This document shows positions 62,001-64,000 of a stretch of DNA of 64,000 nt, piece by piece. Numbering within the stretch: the first letter of the stretch is position 1; every line of letters begins with the position of its first letter. Position numbers and translations under genes: made by a program. The notes beneath the pieces are model-generated. The model worked only from the letters and a program-made list of their open reading frames with translations. It had not been told where the DNA came from and searched no databases. Origin of the DNA: Gammaproteobacteria bacterium (GTDB lineage Bacteria > Pseudomonadota > Gammaproteobacteria > CBDBNL01 > JAAOII01); NCBI GenBank assembly GCA_965209035.1, contig OZ242372.1, positions 640,001 through 704,000 on the forward strand, read 5' to 3'.

Positions 62001-63106
62001 CGCATAATTCGATAAAGTTCGAGAACCGCCTCATTCTTATCCGGCACAGGATAATCGCGAACCGTGTCAGCAATAAATGCGCCTTTGGTTAGTTCGTTTG
62101 TATAGATTGTATGAAACTCGGCAACACTTTCTTCGCGAAACTTGTCCAGCATTTCTTTGGTAATATGCATGTTGGATGTAAAAGTCGCATCCCGAAGAGA
62201 AAAATCTCCCGACAAGGGCTTGCCGATCAAGTATTCATCGGGGACTTCTATTTCTTCTACTCCCGCTTCTTCCAGTAATCGGATATGCTCGGGCGTGATC
62301 CGCTGATCTTTGGCAATCAAGACCTTGCCGGCACCGGTTTCTATGCTTTGCATTGCGGTTTCGCCTCTCAAATGTTCGGGAATGACCCTGAGCATCCATT
62401 TGTCACCCAGAAGCCGAACAGTATCCTTGTCATAAAACTCTTCCAAAATTTGATCCACACTCATACCAAGAGCGGTCAATAAAACATTGATCGGAACTCT
62501 GTAACGGCGGTCAATTCTTGCGAACAGTCTGTCGCGCGAATCAAATTCAAAATCCAGCCAGGAGCCGTGATAAGGAATGATACGCGCACTGTAGGATTTG
62601 CCCGATATATAAGCACTTGTCTTTTCTTGGCTGAAAAAAACACCCGGCGAGCGATGTAATTGAGAAACAACCACGCGCTCGGTACCATTGACAATAAACG
62701 AACCTTCCGGGGTCATCAAATTAATATCGCCAATGTAAACTTCTTTCTGCTCAATGCGCTTTTTGATGCTTTTATACTTGTCCGCTCTGTCTCTTACAAT
62801 CAAACACAATGTCGCATATAAAGGAACGGCATAGTTGGCACCGTGCATCCTGCTCTCCCTTTCATTGTAATGAGGGGGACCAAGATGGCATGAGAGAAAT
62901 TCTATACTCGCCCGATTGTTGCGTCCTTTTATCGGAAAAACAGACTCCATTGCTTTTTGAATGCCCGACTCTTTGCCGTCCAATCCGTGTAAAAAGTCGT
63001 TATAGGAATCTTTCTGACTTTGCAGTAAAGAACGAATGTCTATTAGATCCTCAGATTTTCCAAATTTTTTGCGCAATCGTTTGCGCGCCATTAAATTATA
63101 GCTCAT
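59051..63106 (-). CDS. rpoB: RNA polymerase beta subunit
   Basis: SQLHRSPG, HKRRISALGPGG, GSNMQRQA, GDK.AGRHGNKG, GGQRFGEME. Confidence 0.99.
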   Translation of the reverse strand: MSYNLMARKRLRKKFGKSEDLIDIRSLLQSQKDSYNDFLHGLDGKESGIQKAMESVFPIKGRNNRASIEFLSCHLGPPHYNERESRMHGANYAVPLYATLCLIVRDRADKYKSIKKRIEQKEVYIGDINLMTPEGSFIVNGTERVVVSQLHRSPGVFFSQEKTSAYISGKSYSARIIPYHGSWLDFEFDSRDRLFARIDRRYRVPINVLLTALGMSVDQILEEFYDKDTVRLLGDKWMLRVIPEHLRGETAMQSIETGAGKVLIAKDQRITPEHIRLLEEAGVEEIEVPDEYLIGKPLSGDFSLRDATFTSNMHITKEMLDKFREESVAEFHTIYTNELTKGAFIADTVRDYPVPDKNEAVLELYRIMRPGEMENLDVAVQFFNNLFFSDDRYSLSHVGRMKLNKRLGRDSKDGEDVMVLQRKDIIDTVKILLDIRKGVSEVDDIDSLSNRRVRQVGEMMFNQLRLGLLRIERAVRERLSLPDIDTYTPKDLVSAKAVSGAIRDFFTSSQLSQLTDQINPLAEITHKRRISALGPGGLSRDRAGFEVRDVHPTHYGRLCPIETPEGANIGLINSMAIHTKINEFGFLETPYRKVSNGKATDAVVWLSAMDEKEHTIASGNNLLDSQNKFVEKMLMVRHKGDVIFMPREEITLMDVDAKQLISVAASLIPFLEHDDANRALMGSNMQRQAVPLLKKQKPLVGTGMESYVARDAGSCILARRKGIVEEIDAKRIVVRVTEDDDELPVDIYSLARFRRSNQNTVISQRPVVKLGDKVEPMDVLADGAATDMGELALGTNLRVGFMCWKGYNFEDSILISERLVADDVLTSIHIMEFVCTVRNTKLGDEEITREIPNIGEAALANLDTSGIIRVGAQVKSGDILVGMITPKSEDTLTAEESLLRAVFGEKAADVKDSSLRLPSGVKGKVIDVEVFTKGKENKDSRAKEIDKEQLAEIRKESKIRYQMVRKITETNLKEKLKGKAAAKGKGLKAGQNITAAYLAKCELEDIFGLSMRSAALNDLLEKARENLEEVEVNLNKQLKKQEKGIRSGAEGLAPGVLKIVKVYVAAKRPIQSGDKLAGRHGNKGVVSAVMPTEDMPHDEEGNALDIVLSPLGLPSRMNIGQLLEAHLGDAAKELGRKITALMSNEKKLTALRKLLDKVYASMDNGRAKKFFGDLTDEQLLEVCQNYKDGVPFATPVFYGAKEEDIKEMLNIAGASPSERKVLFDGRTGEQFDRPVTVGQVYMLKLNHLVEDKIHARSIGSYGLVTRQPLGGKAQMGGQRFGEMEVWALESYGAAYTLQEMLTVKSDDERGRNEVYKNIIAGSSYSVHYIPESFHVLINEIRSLGLNIDYKN

Positions 63107-63136
63107 AAAAATCGAACAAGTATTACCCTAAGAAAG

Positions 63137-63523
63137 CTACTTAATTTCTACCGTTGCGCCTGCTTCTTCCAATTGTTTCTTGATTTTTTCCGAATCTTCT
63201 TTTGAAACATCCGTCTTAACAGAAACAGGAGCACTTTCGACCAAATCTTTGGCTTCCTTAAGTCCCAGTTCGGTAACGGCTCGAACGGCCTTGATTACAT
63301 TTATTTTGTTTGCGCCAAACTCTTTGAGAACCACCTCAAACTCGGTTTGCTCTTCCGCGGTTTCTTCCGGACCGCCGCCCGCAGGGGTCGCAGCCGCCGG
63401 TGCCGCAACTGCGGCAGCCGAAACGCCAAACTCTTCCTCTATTGCCTTAATAAGTTCTACCAATTCCATGACGCTCATTTCGCCAATAGATTTCAGAATA
63501 TCTTCTTTTGATACTTTTGCCAT
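63137..63523 (-). CDS. rplL: 50S ribosomal protein L7/L12
   Basis: [33 protein letters not shown]. Confidence 0.98.
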   Translation of the reverse strand: MAKVSKEDILKSIGEMSVMELVELIKAIEEEFGVSAAAVAAPAAATPAGGGPEETAEEQTEFEVVLKEFGANKINVIKAVRAVTELGLKEAKDLVESAPVSVKTDVSKEDSEKIKKQLEEAGATVEIK

Positions 63524-63560
63524 AATGTCTTTTTTATATTATTTATTGATATATAGTTTT

Positions 63561-64000
63561 CTAAGAAGACTTGCTCTGTTGGACTTCCCGCAGAACGCGA
63601 GCAAGTCCGGTGGGTACTTGATTAAGTAGGACAGCAAAGTTACCAAGCGGTGCCTGAAGGATCCCTGCCAGCATTGACAATGCCTGTTCTCGCGTCGGCA
63701 AACTTGCCAAAGTATCTATCTCGTCTGCGGGCAAAAAACGCCCGTTGACAGCCAAACACTTTACGCGAAAAGAAGGATTCTTTTTTGCAAAATCCTTAAA
63801 CAGGCGCGCGACGGAACCGGCTTCCTCAAGTGAGAACCCAAGCAAAGTGGGGCCTTCCAGTTCGGATTCCATACAGGAAAATTGCGTTCCGGTAAGCCCT
63901 CTTTTAATCAGGGTGTTTCGGGTAATCTTTAAGAACACCCGATTTTCACGCGCCAGATTTCTGAGTTCTGTCATATTGGTAACATCTGTTCCGGTATAGT
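63561..64000 (-). CDS. rplJ: 50S ribosomal protein L10 (5'-truncated by window edge)
   Basis: MTELR..ARE, RNTL, L.GPT, LASLPTREQA; upstream of rplL. Confidence 0.95.
   Translation of the reverse strand, partial: YTGTDVTNMTELRNLARENRVFLKITRNTLIKRGLTGTQFSCMESELEGPTLLGFSLEEAGSVARLFKDFAKKNPSFRVKCLAVNGRFLPADEIDTLASLPTREQALSMLAGILQAPLGNFAVLLNQVPTGLARVLREVQQSKSS

Overview
A mostly core-genome stretch of a divergent Gammaproteobacterium. By inference it is marine and possibly host-associated, given AcuI, an acs-linked sodium:solute symporter, shuffled and trimmed operons, and many low-complexity protein insertions. Housekeeping blocks: rnt, serC, aceEF, comEC-exbBD-msbA-lpxK-kdsB, yggS, ubiG-lspA-ispH-dsbB, rplU-rpmA-obgE-proB, adk-tsaB, rimP-nusA-infB-rbfA-truB, rlmE-ftsH, acs, iscSUA and rplJL-rpoBC. 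Accessory pieces: (i) an N6-adenine-type MTase plus a putative endonuclease between kdsB and aceE; (ii) a Cys-rich lipoprotein plus a DcaP-like porin; (iii) a head-to-tail dimer of two non-identical IS481-family elements; (iv) a symporter/small membrane protein/TPR operon; (v) a sugar ABC transporter operon with an uncharacterised enzyme. The IS dimer is the most unusual feature. Each copy carries a 44-codon left-end ORF whose start codon straddles the element end and whose substitutions are mostly synonymous, plus an invariant long hairpin. The copies diverge in the second DNA-binding region, and their terminal repeats co-vary at one position. Other oddities: a 1-bp frameshift in msbA, a perfect 28-bp inverted repeat upstream of rplU, an L21 with a ~150-aa tail, and unusual substitutions in the RpoB rifamycin pocket. 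No tRNA, rRNA or CRISPR array was found. All calls come from motif recognition by eye; no searches were run.
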